Shown here one piece after another: positions 41,351-55,522 of a stretch of DNA of 64,000 nt. The notes under the pieces were generated by a model, which saw nothing but the letters and a program-made list of their open reading frames with translations, had not been told where the DNA came from and ran no database searches. Within the stretch, counting starts at the first letter, position 1. Every line of letters begins with the position of its first letter. The stretch is from Octopus sinensis (Eukaryota). The stretch is taken from NCBI RefSeq assembly GCF_006345805.1, contig NC_043004.1, positions 13,702,001 to 13,766,000 on the forward strand, given 5' to 3'. The position numbers and the translations under genes are program-made.

Positions 41351-42338
41351 TTTCAAACATTTCAAACCAAAGATATGCCCAAACAGACAGTAATTATACA
41401 CAACTACTTACTTCATATAATCTGCAAATTTAATAGCGGTCAAATTTTCTACGTGTATTCTTTAAATGAATAAGAACCTTTTGCGGCTATATTTTAAAAT
41501 CAATATTGAAGATAGATATATAGATAAATAGAATGAAGAATAAATAGAAAGATAAATAGATAAGTAGCACGAGACTAAAGCACAAAGGAATACATATTGC
41601 AGAATCTGGTATGGGTAGACACACTGACACACATTCTTTATGCAAGCATACCAAACCTTATAATACATATTCCTTTCCACCTTTAGCTTCATGCCAGCTA
41701 TATATTTGCATCTTTTTGTCTGTCTGTATTTATCTATCTATCTATTCATTCTTTATTTTTCCAAATTCCAACATCGGTTTAAGAATCATGTCGAAGCAGA
41801 TTAACTTTATTTAACGACCACAAGTGAATAGCTAGTCTATAACCAGATATCCTATAGATATGCAAGTTTCATTCCACACTAAAATTATAATTCCTGCATA
41901 ATAGATGCTTCCCAATTTGTATAGCTATAATATGAAAGCACATATCTGTTATTAAGATAGTTTTAGAATCTTTTTCTAAGCTTACATTTTTTTTTTGTCA
42001 TAAGCACTTAATACATCACTATTATTAGCTAACATAATTTATACATTAGTAACATATTTACTGTAATTATCAAATCAGGTTTCCTACAACGTACCATACT
42101 ATCACTGTTAGAAATACTTAATTATCTGTTACTATTAGAAATTTATCTTTAGTTGACTTTTTTCTACTCCTTAGTAACATAGTTACTCCCTATATTAAAC
42201 CAAGTTCCCAAACGCGCACCAATCTTCCTCGCATTTATATTATTCATGTATCTAAATTCTTGGTTACTTTTTCTACTATTTTTTCCTACCGTTTTACTAT
42301 AAGACTCTTTTTTTCTGTATGTTCCATACAATACTTCT

Positions 42339-42570
42339 TATTTCTTTATTGCCCACAAGGGGCTAAACATAGTAAAGACAAACAAGGACAGACAAACGGA
42401 TTGAGTCGATTACATCGACCCCAGTGCGTAACTGGTACTTAATTTATCGACTCCGAAAGGATGAAAGGCAAAGTCGACCTCGGCGGAATTTGAACTCAGA
42501 ACGTAGCAGCAGACGAAATACCGCTAAGCATTTCACCCGGCGTGCTAACGATTCTGTCAGCTCGCCGCCT
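42339..42570 (-). mobile_element. SINE family A monomer with Tx1-like tail and 12-bp TSD
   Basis: TACAATACTTCT at 42327-42338 and 42571-42582. Confidence 0.9.
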
Positions 42571-42729
42571 TACAATACTTCTACTGATCACAATATACAA
42601 CATTACTCACACATCCAAAGAGAAACGTGTATATTGGTTTCAAATTTTGACATAAGGCATTTTGCCCAACGACTTAACGTTTCTGCCAGCTCGCCACCTT
42701 CCTAATCCCTAATACGGAAAACGAAATTG

Positions 42730-42946
42730 AAGGTGGCGAGCTGGCTGAATCGTTAGTACGTCGAGAAAAAATGCTTAGCAGCATTTCGCCTGTTTTTTAT
42801 ATTCTGAGTTCAAATCCCCCAAGGTCGACTTTATCTTTCATCCTTTCAGGGTCGATAAATTAAGTACCAGTTGAACACTAGGGTGGATGTAATCGAATCA
42901 GCCCCTCTCAAAAATCTACTGGCCTTGTGCCAAAATTTGAAGCCAA
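42730..42946 (+). mobile_element. SINE family A monomer, alternative tail
   Basis: Head and core as above; tail GGCCTTGTGCCAAAATTTGAAGCC. Similar copies at 13565-13800, 43555-43757, 47565-47780, 48345-48545, 52112-52325. Confidence 0.8.
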
Positions 42947-44340
42947 TATCAAAACCAAGTTCCCAAACGCAAACCATTTTGCTTATAACATGGAAATTTT
43001 ACTCGTATTCATGTCTCTAAATTCTTGGTTACTTTCTCTAGTATTTATTTCCCATAACATTGTGCTATAAGACTCTTTATTTAAATCTTCCATATAATAC
43101 TTCTAATCTCAATACGCAACATTACTCATGCATCCAGGAGATACGTGTATATCATCTGGCATTTTTCTTGCACGAAAATTCCACGTGCAATATAAATATC
43201 ACAAAATTATGTAGTTATATAACACTAATTTTATTTTAGATGTTATCGTGCTTATAAATCCAGCACTCAACATTGGCCTTCATATTTCCTCATTACTCTT
43301 TTTTCAAATCATTTCTAAATCGGTCACCGAACTACTTTTTCTGTATAATATCGCTTAATCATATATTCTCTTCAGACGGCCATATTGATCTTCTTATAGT
43401 TTATTTTCTCTTACAACAATTTAAATAAATTAAATTGCATTTCAAATAAATATGTTTTATTTAAATAAGTGTTTTGAATAAGTATTTCAAATAAATATTT
43501 GAAGACTTTAACACTCACACAGTAACAGATAAGCAAAATGTTATAATATTAGTTTAAAATTTTGGCATAGTGCCAGTAATTTAGACGAAGGGAGTAAGTC
43601 AATTACATCGACCCCAGTGCTTAACTGGTACTTATTTTATCGACCACGAAAGACAAAGTCAACCTCGGCGGAAATTGAACTTAGAACGTAGTGATGGGCG
43701 AAATGCCACAAAGCATTTTGCTCTGCGCGTTTAACGATTCTGCCAACATGCCGCCTTAAAATGTTATGATATTAACCTCTGATTTTTTTCACTAGGTAAG
43801 CAGCTTTGAAAGAGGGGTGGTCGTTAGTACTGACGCCGGTATATCACTTGAACTTTATTTTATCGATCCTGCGGAGATGAAGGGCAAAGTCGAAGTCAGC
43901 AGGATTTGAACTCAAAATGTAAAGAACCTGAAAACATACCGCAGTCATTTTGATGGATGGTATAACGATTCTCCCAGCTCATCATTTTTATCAAAGTCTT
44001 ATAATAAATATAAATGATTAATGTAAGCTTAATATACACAACTTCGATTAACCCAAACCTAAACATTCATCTTTTATCTCAAACAATGTGCTACCGCTAT
44101 TTTAAATATTTAAAATATAATCATTTTAAATATACCGGCGCCTTAAGTTGTCTTCCAAACGCGATTATCACGTTATAATTTTGAAATATAATACAATTCA
44201 TCCCTCTTTATTGATGTTGCACTCTTGCGATAAAATAACAAAACACATTTTTCTCAATTTTTTAAAAATAGCATTAATGCTGTATACATCTCGCATTTAA
44301 AATGCATTATTATTTTAATGTTATAAATTTCCATGTAAAC

Positions 44341-44436
<96 letters not shown>

Positions 44437-44544
44437 TAAATAGACATACATAATATTAACCTCCGTGTATGCACGCTCACACGCACAGATATGCATGTAT
44501 GTATCTACATATGTAAATACATATTTTTTCCTTTCTTTATACGT

Positions 44545-44615
<71 letters not shown>

Positions 44616-45061
44616 TAATATGACAACAAAAGAATGAATGAGACCTGGATATTATGTAAAAAAGAGGAATTTATCTATAAAATATAATACGCGACAATTA
44701 GTTGGTTGTCATAATAAAACTCAGCAACCCCGGCATCCGAAACTCTGAGTTTTATTATGACAACCATACAGATCTTTGTGAGTGTGTATATCCTTGTTTC
44801 TGTTTAAGCTGAAATCATTTGATAAGCTGTGTTTGCTTTAATCATCTTTAGTTTGTGGTTAAATAAAAACTTTCTATGTCGACTTCACAGTCTAAACACA
44901 AGGTGATGTTACACTACGGTCGCTTTTCCTTGGGTAAAATTAGTAAATAATTCTGCAGATATACAGCTGTATATTTTTATTAATATTTAGCAGAGGTAAC
45001 AGAGTATACATATACTCATATTTTGAGTTCTGTTTTCCTTTTTTGTATCAACATACTTGTT

Positions 45062-45096
<35 letters not shown>

Positions 45097-45570
45097 GTGT
45101 GTGTGATGTACATATGTGTGTATTACGTATGTATACATATACATATATATATAGATATATATACATACATATATATATTTATATGCACATACGTATATGT
45201 ATATACACATACATACATATATATGTATACACACAGACATATATACAGGAGTGGCTCTGTAGTAAGCAAGCTACCACACACCACCACAGCACACATCGGT
45301 TGTCAAGCGATGTTTATTAACCGTAACGAGGTGAATGTAAATTTACTCCGATTTGATAAGCAGAAACAGCCGTAAATGGTTCCAAATACAATTAAACAAT
45401 GACTTTTAAACATCAATGATCCATTTCTCATTGTTAATTATTGTTCCATTTCTTATCTTCTCTATATATTAAACCACAGATTTACTTTTAAATTACCTAT
45501 TACCTAAATAGGAGTGCCTACGGATACGTCTATCCCTTAGATGGCTGCATAACCTCTAACTTATATCTTG

Positions 45571-46086
<516 letters not shown>

Positions 46087-46694
46087 TGTATGTATATTGA
46101 TATATGGGTATTGTATATATACATTTGTGTGCGTTTGTCATAGTATACTAATGAATAAATCTAAAGTTTTAAAGCTAGAATTAAATAAGTACACTGTTTT
46201 GTCGGAAACGGATATCGTAGTCTTTTGAACAATTTCACCGTCTACAAAAAAAACCAGTGTCAACTGCACTGGTTTCAAACGTATATGCGTTTTGATCAGC
46301 AACCAATTACCATAATATTTCTGTTCATTATATTATTGTATATATCATAACCAGTATTATTGCATACATTATAACTACTGTTATTACTGATTATAATAAA
46401 TCCTCTTTACTAACTTCCTTAATTGCCACATTCTCGGTATTTAGTTCGATTTCATAAATTACTGATATGATAATAGCATTTCCGTTTTTGATGCAGTAAT
46501 ATGCTAAAAGATAAAACGTAATCGATGTACATGCATTAATTTAGTTGCTAATGAAGGGGTATTTAACTGTAATGATACCATGGATGAAATAATAGAGGTC
46601 ACTCGGTTGTCGAAAAGATTGAAAATACGATTAAGTTGCTAAAACCATTTCCCCATTTTTCTAGGCATTATGTCCTTGTATATAAACAATATAT

Positions 46695-47095
46695 GTCTTT
46701 ATTGCCCACAAGGGGCTAAACATAGAGGGGACGAACAGGGACAGACAAATGGATTAAGTCTATTACATCGACACCAGTGAGTAACTGGCACTTTATTTAT
46801 CGACTCCGAAAGGATGAAAGACAAAGTCGACCTCGGCGGAATTTGAACTCAGAACGTAATAGCAGACGAAATACCCATTTCTTTACTACCCACAAGGGGC
46901 TAAAAACACAGACAGCATAAACAGGGACAGACAAACGGATTAAGTCGATTACATCGACCCCAGTGCGTAACTGGTACTTTATCTATCGACCCAGAAAGGA
47001 TAAAAGGCAAAGTTGACCTCGGCGGAATTTGAACTCAGAACGTAACGGCAGACGAGATACCGCTAAGCATTTCGACCGGCGTGCTAACGTTTCTA
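46695..47095 (-). mobile_element. SINE family A dimer
   Basis: Junction AAAGAAATGG|GTATTTCGTC at 46875/46874. Confidence 0.85.
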
Positions 47096-48924
47096 AAAAA
47101 ACTCAGCTTTGTATTTTGTCCCTTCTGTGTTTAGCCCTGCGTGGTCAATAAAGAACCATATTTTTTACTTGTTTCAGTCATTAGACTGAGGCCATGCTGG
47201 AACACTGCCTTCAAGAATTTTAGTCGAACGAATGGACCCTAGTACTTATATCTTTTTTTTTAAGCTTGGTACTTAGACTATCGGTCTCTTTTGCCCAACC
47301 GCTAGGTCATAGGGATGTAAAAACAACACCAGTTGCTAAGCGGTGCTAGAGAACAAACATAGACACATCTCACACACACACACACATATATATACGACTG
47401 GACTCTTTGGGTCTCCGTCTACCAAATACACTCACAAGGCTTTAGTCGGCCCGAGACTATAGTGGAAGAGACTTGCAGAAAGTGCTACGCAATGGGACTG
47501 AACGCGGAGCCATGTGGTTGAGAAGGAAACTTCTTAACACACAGCCACGTCCACAACCAATACCGATTTCGAAGTTTGGCACAAGGCCAGCAATTTTAGA
47601 AACGGGGATAAGTCTATTACATCGACCCCAATGTTTAACTGCTACTTACGTTATCGACCCCGAAAGGATGAAAGGTAAAGTCGACCTCGGTGAAATTTGA
47701 ACTCAGAACGTAGAGACCGACGAAATGCTGCTAAGCATTTAGTCCGGCGCGGTAACGATTCTTCCATCTCGCCACCTTCCCTACAACCAATATTTAAAAA
47801 AGAAATTTCTCATACTACGTGTTATAAAATGTCAGCTACATCAAATCCATTCTTTCCAAACAATTGTTGGCACATAAATTTCGTTTGAGATCAACAAGTG
47901 TCGTTTCAACAGTATTGCGAGAGCAGTAACCTCCATATCTCTTTTAAAATGTTGTTTGACCAATGTAATTTGACAGTGTATGAGGAACGTAGGAATACCA
48001 TTTCACAAATTAATTTTAACTTCAAAAAGTCAAATGATGATACTAAGTTTTGCACATGACTCATTAGATTCAATGGCAATATTGAAAATTGAAAAAATAT
48101 AAATGTAGTTTACATAACAGAACAAAAGAGTCATTAAAATCAGCAGCGATATTTTCAATAATAAAACCGAAAAAAAAGTCACCGTAAAAAATGTCAACAG
48201 TGGCCTGAATCCATTACTTTATTATTATATAACTTTTGTTTTGTTAGAACTCGTAAAAATTCAATTTCAAAAACTTTTCAACTTTTGGTTCTTCGCTAAA
48301 AGTAGACCATTTCAACAAAGAATATTTAAATAAAGTGAAAGATGTGCGCTGGCAGAATCGTTAGCACTATCGGAAAAATGCTTAGCGGTGTTTCGTCCGT
48401 CTTATGTTCTACATCCAAATTACTCCGAGGTTGACTTTGCCTTTCATCTTTTCGGAGTCGATAAAATAAGCACCAGTTGAGTACTGGAGTTAATGTAATC
48501 GACTAGTCCATTTCCCGAAATGGCTGTCTTTGTGGCAAAGTAGGCAGTCTTAAGCTTAAACTGATATTTCACAGAATAAAAAAAATAATATGTAGCACAT
48601 GCTTCATTACTTTGTAAAATTATAATATACATTGAAAGCTGATTTTAGCAAAAGTTATATATGATGGAAAAATTGGGCTGTTTTTTTTCCACCGTAATTT
48701 CTTATATCACCTACTGACGCAATGTAAGTTTCAATCATTGCATTCTTCAAAGGTTTAAGAATATAGTTCTACTTTGAAACAAGAAGTCTACTTCAAGTAA
48801 TCTGATGAAAAATCAGTTTATATAATTTTATTTTTGAATATTTGATATTCTGAATTTTGTTTTTCGTTTTCTTGGCCCATTAAGTTTCCCTAAATCCCTC
48901 TCAAATATGTATGGGAGTGATGTC

Positions 48925-49265
48925 AAACAATGGGTAGCAGGCAAGATGTGATCCCATTGTGGTGGGATGCTGGGTATCTGTTGACCAGTCCCTCTACAGA
49001 ACTTACTACATGCTTGGCACCACCAGGGCCGATAAACGAAAAGCTATCAGATTGATTGTGGAGGCAGTAGACGTTGCCTCAAAGTAGCTGTGGATCAACT
49101 GGTTTGAGCTCTAGAAGAGACAGTGCTGCTAGAAGCAGTGCTAACTGGACACAAGTAGGTGCTTAATCGACTCCGGTTGGGTCGCCTGGATGGTGAAAAG
49201 GCCAAAGCATCTAATGAGAGCAGGTAACTCCACTGCTGATGTAACCAGGAGCATCAAAGGATGAT
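48925..49265 (+). mobile_element. 3' fragment of a HERO-like (RLE-type) non-LTR retrotransposon
   Basis: ARCDPIVVGCW..DQSLYRTYYMLG...KRKAIRLIVEAVDVASK*LWI resembles the HERO C-terminus PIEVGCRGF..AE.ASRWLW; followed by UTR with GGGTCGCCTGG. Confidence 0.6.
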
Positions 49266-49787
49266 ATGGGGGAAAAGAATGAATATTTGATGTTTTATCA
49301 ATTAGTAAAGAAATCCTCTGCTAAACCATGTCGAGCCATTGGAGCAGAGTAGGCTCATCAAACGACTATGATCTCAAGCTCAGATTCACGGCCTCCACAT
49401 CAGACCATGGTGGGTGGAAAGAACATGCTCAAGCCCTCATCCTGCAGTGGACTGAACATGAGCAATCCAATTCAATACAGTATAGAAATATGCGAGAGAA
49501 AATGTAAGAGAAAAATCGACAATCGATGACACTCATATGCTGTATACTTTCTTTATCAACCCAAGAAAGACGAAAGGCAAGGGTAACATGGGTCGGATTT
49601 GAACTCAAAAGGTAAAGAGACACTATCACAACAATTTCTAACTTTTATGAAAATGAATAATGTTTTGTGAAGATTTTCCGGATTACTCGTATATCGACAA
49701 CCTTTAAACCGAAAATCCTTTTACTTCACTAGAACTGGTTTCTCAGGTACAGGATTTGGATTCAGAAAATAAATGAGTGAAACTAGT

Positions 49788-50218
49788 AGAAGAAGAAGAA
49801 GAAGAAGAAGGAGAAGAAGAAGAAGAAGAAGAAGAAGAAGAAGAAGAAGAAGAAGAAGAAGAAGAGGTAGAAGAAGAAGAACAACAACAACAACAACAAC
49901 AACAGGAGGGGGAGGAGGAGGAGGAGGATAAGATGATGATGATGACGATAAAGACAAAAGAAAATGGAAAAGCAAAAGGAGATGACGATGAAGAAGAAGA
50001 AGAAGAAGAGGGGGAGGAGGAAAAGTAAAAGAACAAGAACAAGAGCAAAACAAGGACAACAACAACTATAACAGGCAAAATCAACAGCAAAAATAACAAC
50101 AGCAACAACTTGACTGTAGAAGAAGAAGAAGAAGAAGAAGAAGAAGAAGAAGAAGAAGAAGAAGAAGAAGAAGAAGAAGAAGAAGAAGAAGAAGAAGAAG
50201 AAGAAGAAGAAGAAGAAA
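49788..50218. repeat. (GAA)n/(CAA)n/(GAG)n microsatellites
   Basis: Directly visible. Confidence 0.95.
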
Positions 50219-51011
50219 AATAAAGATAAAAATGATTAGGAATAACAAGAGAACAACATAATGCAGTGATTTATTTTCGAAAATCAAGTCACTGGAGATT
50301 TTGATGATAAATGTTTTAAAATATATCTTACATGCTTACCTGTTCAGTGTTACAAACTACTTAGAGCCAATTTATCTTCATCAAGTTTTATTCTTCACAC
50401 CTCCGCTCCACATCTACCACACCCCAAACCCACCGCCACCATCAAAACCAACAACAACAACAACAACAACAACGTTGTTCTTTTTCAATTGTTCTACAAG
50501 ACGGTAAATTATACAGAAGAGCTTGAATGTTATTTCAGTATTTGCAACCGAATTTATGGTGATTTTTTGGTTAATGTTTGTGTATGGTGGTAGTGATAGT
50601 GGTGGTGGTGGTGGTGGTGGTGATGGTGGTGATGGTGATAGTGATGGTGGTGGTGGTGGTGGTGGTGGTGATATGATGGTGGTGGTGGTCGCCGTCGTCG
50701 TTGTCGTTGTGTTGCTTTGTTGGTTTCCAATTCTTATAAGCACGATAACTTGACTCTTGGGTGTATTTAGCGGTATCCCTTCACTTTTGCAAAGCATTTC
50801 GTTCGGGTCCCACAAATCTCCTCAGCTCTCTGTTCATTTTTTTTTTTTTTTTGAATAGCTTTTTTTACACAGTTTTTACATGACTCGTTCTTCTCGTTCT
50901 TTATTCGTTTTCTTTTCTCCGGATGGTATAGGAAACTCTGCAAAGAGCAATTTTCTTGACAGATCTATCTATCCGTCTATCTATCGATATATATATGTGT
51001 GGGGAGGTGTA

Positions 51012-51580
51012 CAGGGTATTCCCCCCAAAACGTATGCACACTTTAGCAGCTGATAACTCAATTGGTGTTTTTTTACTTTGAAGATTAAATCCATTGGAAT
51101 TAATGATGGCCGTCAGACTAAGCTTTGAACAAAGGAGATTCCTTCTAAAATGCTACTGGAAGTGTGAAAATGCAGTCGAAGTGCAAAGACAGTTTAAGAG
51201 CGAGTTTTTCAAACAGATCCACCAACGCGACTTACGATCACTCGAATTAGAGATAAGCTTGAAGCCGATGGAACTGTTCAGAATGTCCACGAGAAGTGTT
51301 CCAGAAGACCACAAACATCGACAATCCCCACAATGCAAGAAGGAGTGCTGGAAACTTATCACCAAAGTCCAAGAAAATCTGTGCGGCAAGCGAGTCGTGA
51401 GGTAGGTATTTCAAAATCGTCTGTCCAACGCATTTTGAAGCGTTCCAAGATTAGCTCATGCGATTAATGTCGATGTTCCAAACCGAAGAGTGCAGTATTG
51501 CGAATGGTACTTGGCATATTGTGAAGAAGATGCACACTTTCCAACAAAGATTGTGTGGAGTGATGAGGCCACATTCAATT
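51012..51580 (+). mobile_element. Truncated Tc1/mariner-superfamily DNA transposon (5' TIR and transposase N-terminus)
   Basis: TA-CAGGGTATTCCCC end; frameshifted [64 protein letters not shown] (HTH plus first catalytic D). Confidence 0.85.
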
Positions 51581-52048
51581 AAATTTTGAAAAATGAAACG
51601 TATTTTTAAAACATCTACATTACAATTATTTAAAGCGTCGCTAGCCATTACACATTCTTATTTTCTCTCCTTGTTTTTTTTTTTATGTGTTCCTTTCTTC
51701 TGGTCGAGTAGCCCATACGGCTCAAGAGGTCCCTGAATAAGGATTGTATAAGGATGTTGAACGAACCACCCATGTTTCCAAAGGTGAATTATCTAAACCT
51801 CTAAGAATTCCTTTCAACACACGGCTATGATGCTTCCCCACTACTCCTGCTCATGACCAGAGATGCACATATCGTCAGCCACTAAGGGGCGGGGTCAACT
51901 GGTTGAGGTCAAACAACTGACAAACAAATTTGTGGTATTGAGCAGAATATTTGCTGTAGCCCATCTTTTATACCAAATGTACATGAAAACACTTCCAATC
52001 AGTTAAGATCTGAAGCCATTAGAGCCACTGTCTGGTACTGCATCAGGG

Positions 52049-52111
<63 letters not shown>

Positions 52112-52333
52112 GTCGGCGAGCTAGCATAATCGTTAGCACGCCGGGCGAAATGCTTAGCGGTATTTCGTCTGCCGCTACGTTCTGAATTAAAATTCCGCCG
52201 AAGTCGACTTTGTCTTTCATCCTTTCGGGGTCGATAAATTAAGTACCAGCTGCGTACCAGGATCGATGTAATCGACTGGCGCCCTCCCCAAAAATTTCGG
52301 GCTTTGTGCCTAGATTAGAAAAGATTATTATTA

Positions 52334-52381
<48 letters not shown>

Positions 52382-52391
52382 TTATTATTAA

Positions 52392-52427
<36 letters not shown>

Positions 52428-53301
52428 ATCTGATGGTATTATCTCTGATTTATTTGAGACGCATTTTCTTTCTTTCTGTAGAGAATTCTATTAATGCAAA
52501 CTTCAAAAGCGATTCAAATTAATAATATCTAACACACGTGCACGTCCGCGACCATGCACCCCTCCCCAAGCGAGCGCACACACACACACATATACACACA
52601 CATACACATACACATACACACACACAAACACCACATGTATGCGAAACACAGGCCTACAGTCATGTGTATTACTACATGTGCATACGTAGAAACAGTGAAA
52701 TTAACGTCCAGCGTCACAGATAGTAAAATTCATTAATTCTACTGTATATATTAAGACAGATTAACTGTGTGTATGATTCATTTCACTCTCCCTATCAGCT
52801 GCCGCTTAATCGCGTACCATCTTCATCCTTATTTCACGATTAGCTTCATCAAACACTAGATTACCTATGCCAATGTCTCCCCACCAGATCCTGCTCTTAA
52901 CAATGTCTCTTAATCTTTCTCGCCACAAACGCAACGCATTGGAATGCCTTCAAACTTACTTCAGCCAACCAAGATTTTCCAGCAGTCGCAAGATCAAGAG
53001 GTGTTTGAACTGAACGTTAATTAATCACATAGATTTAACCAGTCAAGGAAGGACAACGTTGATAACGTGTAATGATAAACTTATATAGTTATGTATATAA
53101 AACTTGCGATGTCATATCTACATACAGACTTCAAAGAGCATTTTAGCGCATACGTTTCCGTATGTGTGTATATATGTGTGTGCGTGCGTGCGCGCACACA
53201 TACAAACATACACACACACATACATACAGAATACATAGAGAGAAAATGAACAATTAAGCAAGTTTAATGACACATATAGATAGATAGATTGACAGACAGA
53301 G

Positions 53302-53693
<392 letters not shown>

Positions 53694-53888
53694 CTCTTTC
53701 TCTCTCTCTCTCTCTCTCTCTCCTCTCTTATCGGTCGTGTTATTCTTTGCTCCGCAGTGAAAGTTTGTTTTTGTGCTGAAAAGTTTGAAAATTTGCTGTT
53801 TTGGTCGTCGAGGCCACTTCTTTTCTGCTATTGCAGCAGAGTTCTGCCTTTTTTCCCCCTTGTTTCAAGGGGGAAGTGACGAAAAGAC

Positions 53889-55497
53889 ATGAATTTACAA
53901 CCAGTCTCCTCCGAGTCGGAGGAAAACGTTGAAAATTTGTTTGAAGGCATGAAGGAGAAAATGCGGGAGGAGGAAGGTAGAAGTAAAGAGACGTCTCACG
54001 CGAGCGTCACAAAAGCAGACGACAATATGTCTGGCGAAGCTAGTAAACGACAAGATAAGGCAAAAATAAATTTTGCGAGTGCAGCAACTCGCCCCTGTGA
54101 AAACATCGTTATTAACAAAGAAGGATTAAAGAAGTACCAAAGTTTATTAAAAAAAGAAGGTGATAATGTGAAGTTGTTCCCTCCCAGTGAATTAATTTAC
54201 GCGACGGAGAGAAAAACTGTAATTTACAAGACTTATAATGTCAAAAATAAGAAAATTGAGTTCGTACAGAGAGAAGCCATTGAAAAATGTTTGAGGCCGA
54301 TATGGCAACAAACAAGTTATATAACAAGGGGTAGTCGCTTCGGCACGGTAGAGGTGCGTTTCCCTAGCGAAGGGAACATTCAACAAGAACGTTGAAGTCG
54401 GAAGAGGTAGTTCTTTTACCATTTTATTTAGGAATGAGAACTAGTAGAATAACGGTTACGGACATTCCGCCCGAAATAGATGTGGACTTCATAACAGCAG
54501 CGATTCTCTTAGGCAAAGAGGAAGAAATTGCCATTCTTCAGTCTAAAAGATATCGCCCCACAACCTGGTATGGACAGGACTTAGAGCTTGTGATCCAAGC
54601 GAACCCCTCGGACTTGGAAAAATTGCCAAGCACCCTCACCATTGGAGATACCACCTTGATGGTAATAGTCGAGGGAAGAAAACCGAGATGCTATAAATGT
54701 GGCGAGAAAGGCCACATAGGTCGAGGCGAGCTGAAGAAGACAGCGAAGAAAATACTACAGAGGCAAGCACGACGCCGAAAAAACAATTCACCGCTAGAAA
54801 TAGCAGCCACGTCGCGCACCCCAATTGCCGAAATTCAGCCGACAACGGGAGAAAACAACGACAACAACGATGACAACAACATCAACAACATCCAGGAGTG
54901 GGTCAACGTGGAAGCTTCAAAAAGAAGACGGAAACGGAAAAATCCACCCTCTTCGGATACACAGGACTATACTCTGACACAGACAAGCACACCCACACCC
55001 ACAAATACAGTCGCAAACACACACGTAGCCAAAAAAACACACACACTGGAAAAAGCACACACAAACACTCACACACCTACCACAAGCACGCACACACCTA
55101 CAAACACCCACGCTTCTACAAGCACACACACACCCACAAACACACACACACAGCCCCCTCCACAATCACCTAACAAAAAAAAAAGAAACACCTTCACGGC
55201 GATAAATAAAAACAATAACCATTAAGGGAAAAAATTAATTTACTGAAATCGGCGAAAAAATATATCGCAACAGATATAAATAGTATTATATCCGAAAATG
55301 TAGAATTTTATACGATAGATAACGAGGATTATTTTGAAATTAAAAAATCTTTTGCGGAGGACGTAGGCCCGTTACAGATGAACTTTTCAAGCCATCTGTA
55401 CAAGCAATTCGCAAAAAAACTGACCTCGCAAAAACAAACACTCACAGACAGAAAAGATGAGGGTGAAACTACACCCTCTCTTCTGTTAAAACAGTAA
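53889..55497 (+). pseudogene. Tx1 ORF1 (gag-like), frameshifted
   Basis: ORFs 53889-54395 and 54392-55225; broken zinc knuckle EGRKPRCYKCGEKGHI; Thr/His low-complexity region. Confidence 0.8.
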
Positions 55498-55522
55498 GTT
55501 TTAAACATTCAACTAAATTTTC

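Noticed and set aside
51700-52050. HDV-like ribozyme at a repeat end next to (TAA)n (GCCCTGA..TCAGGG on minus)
   Set aside because: Could not find P3/L3/P1.1 or the catalytic C context; element identity unresolved.
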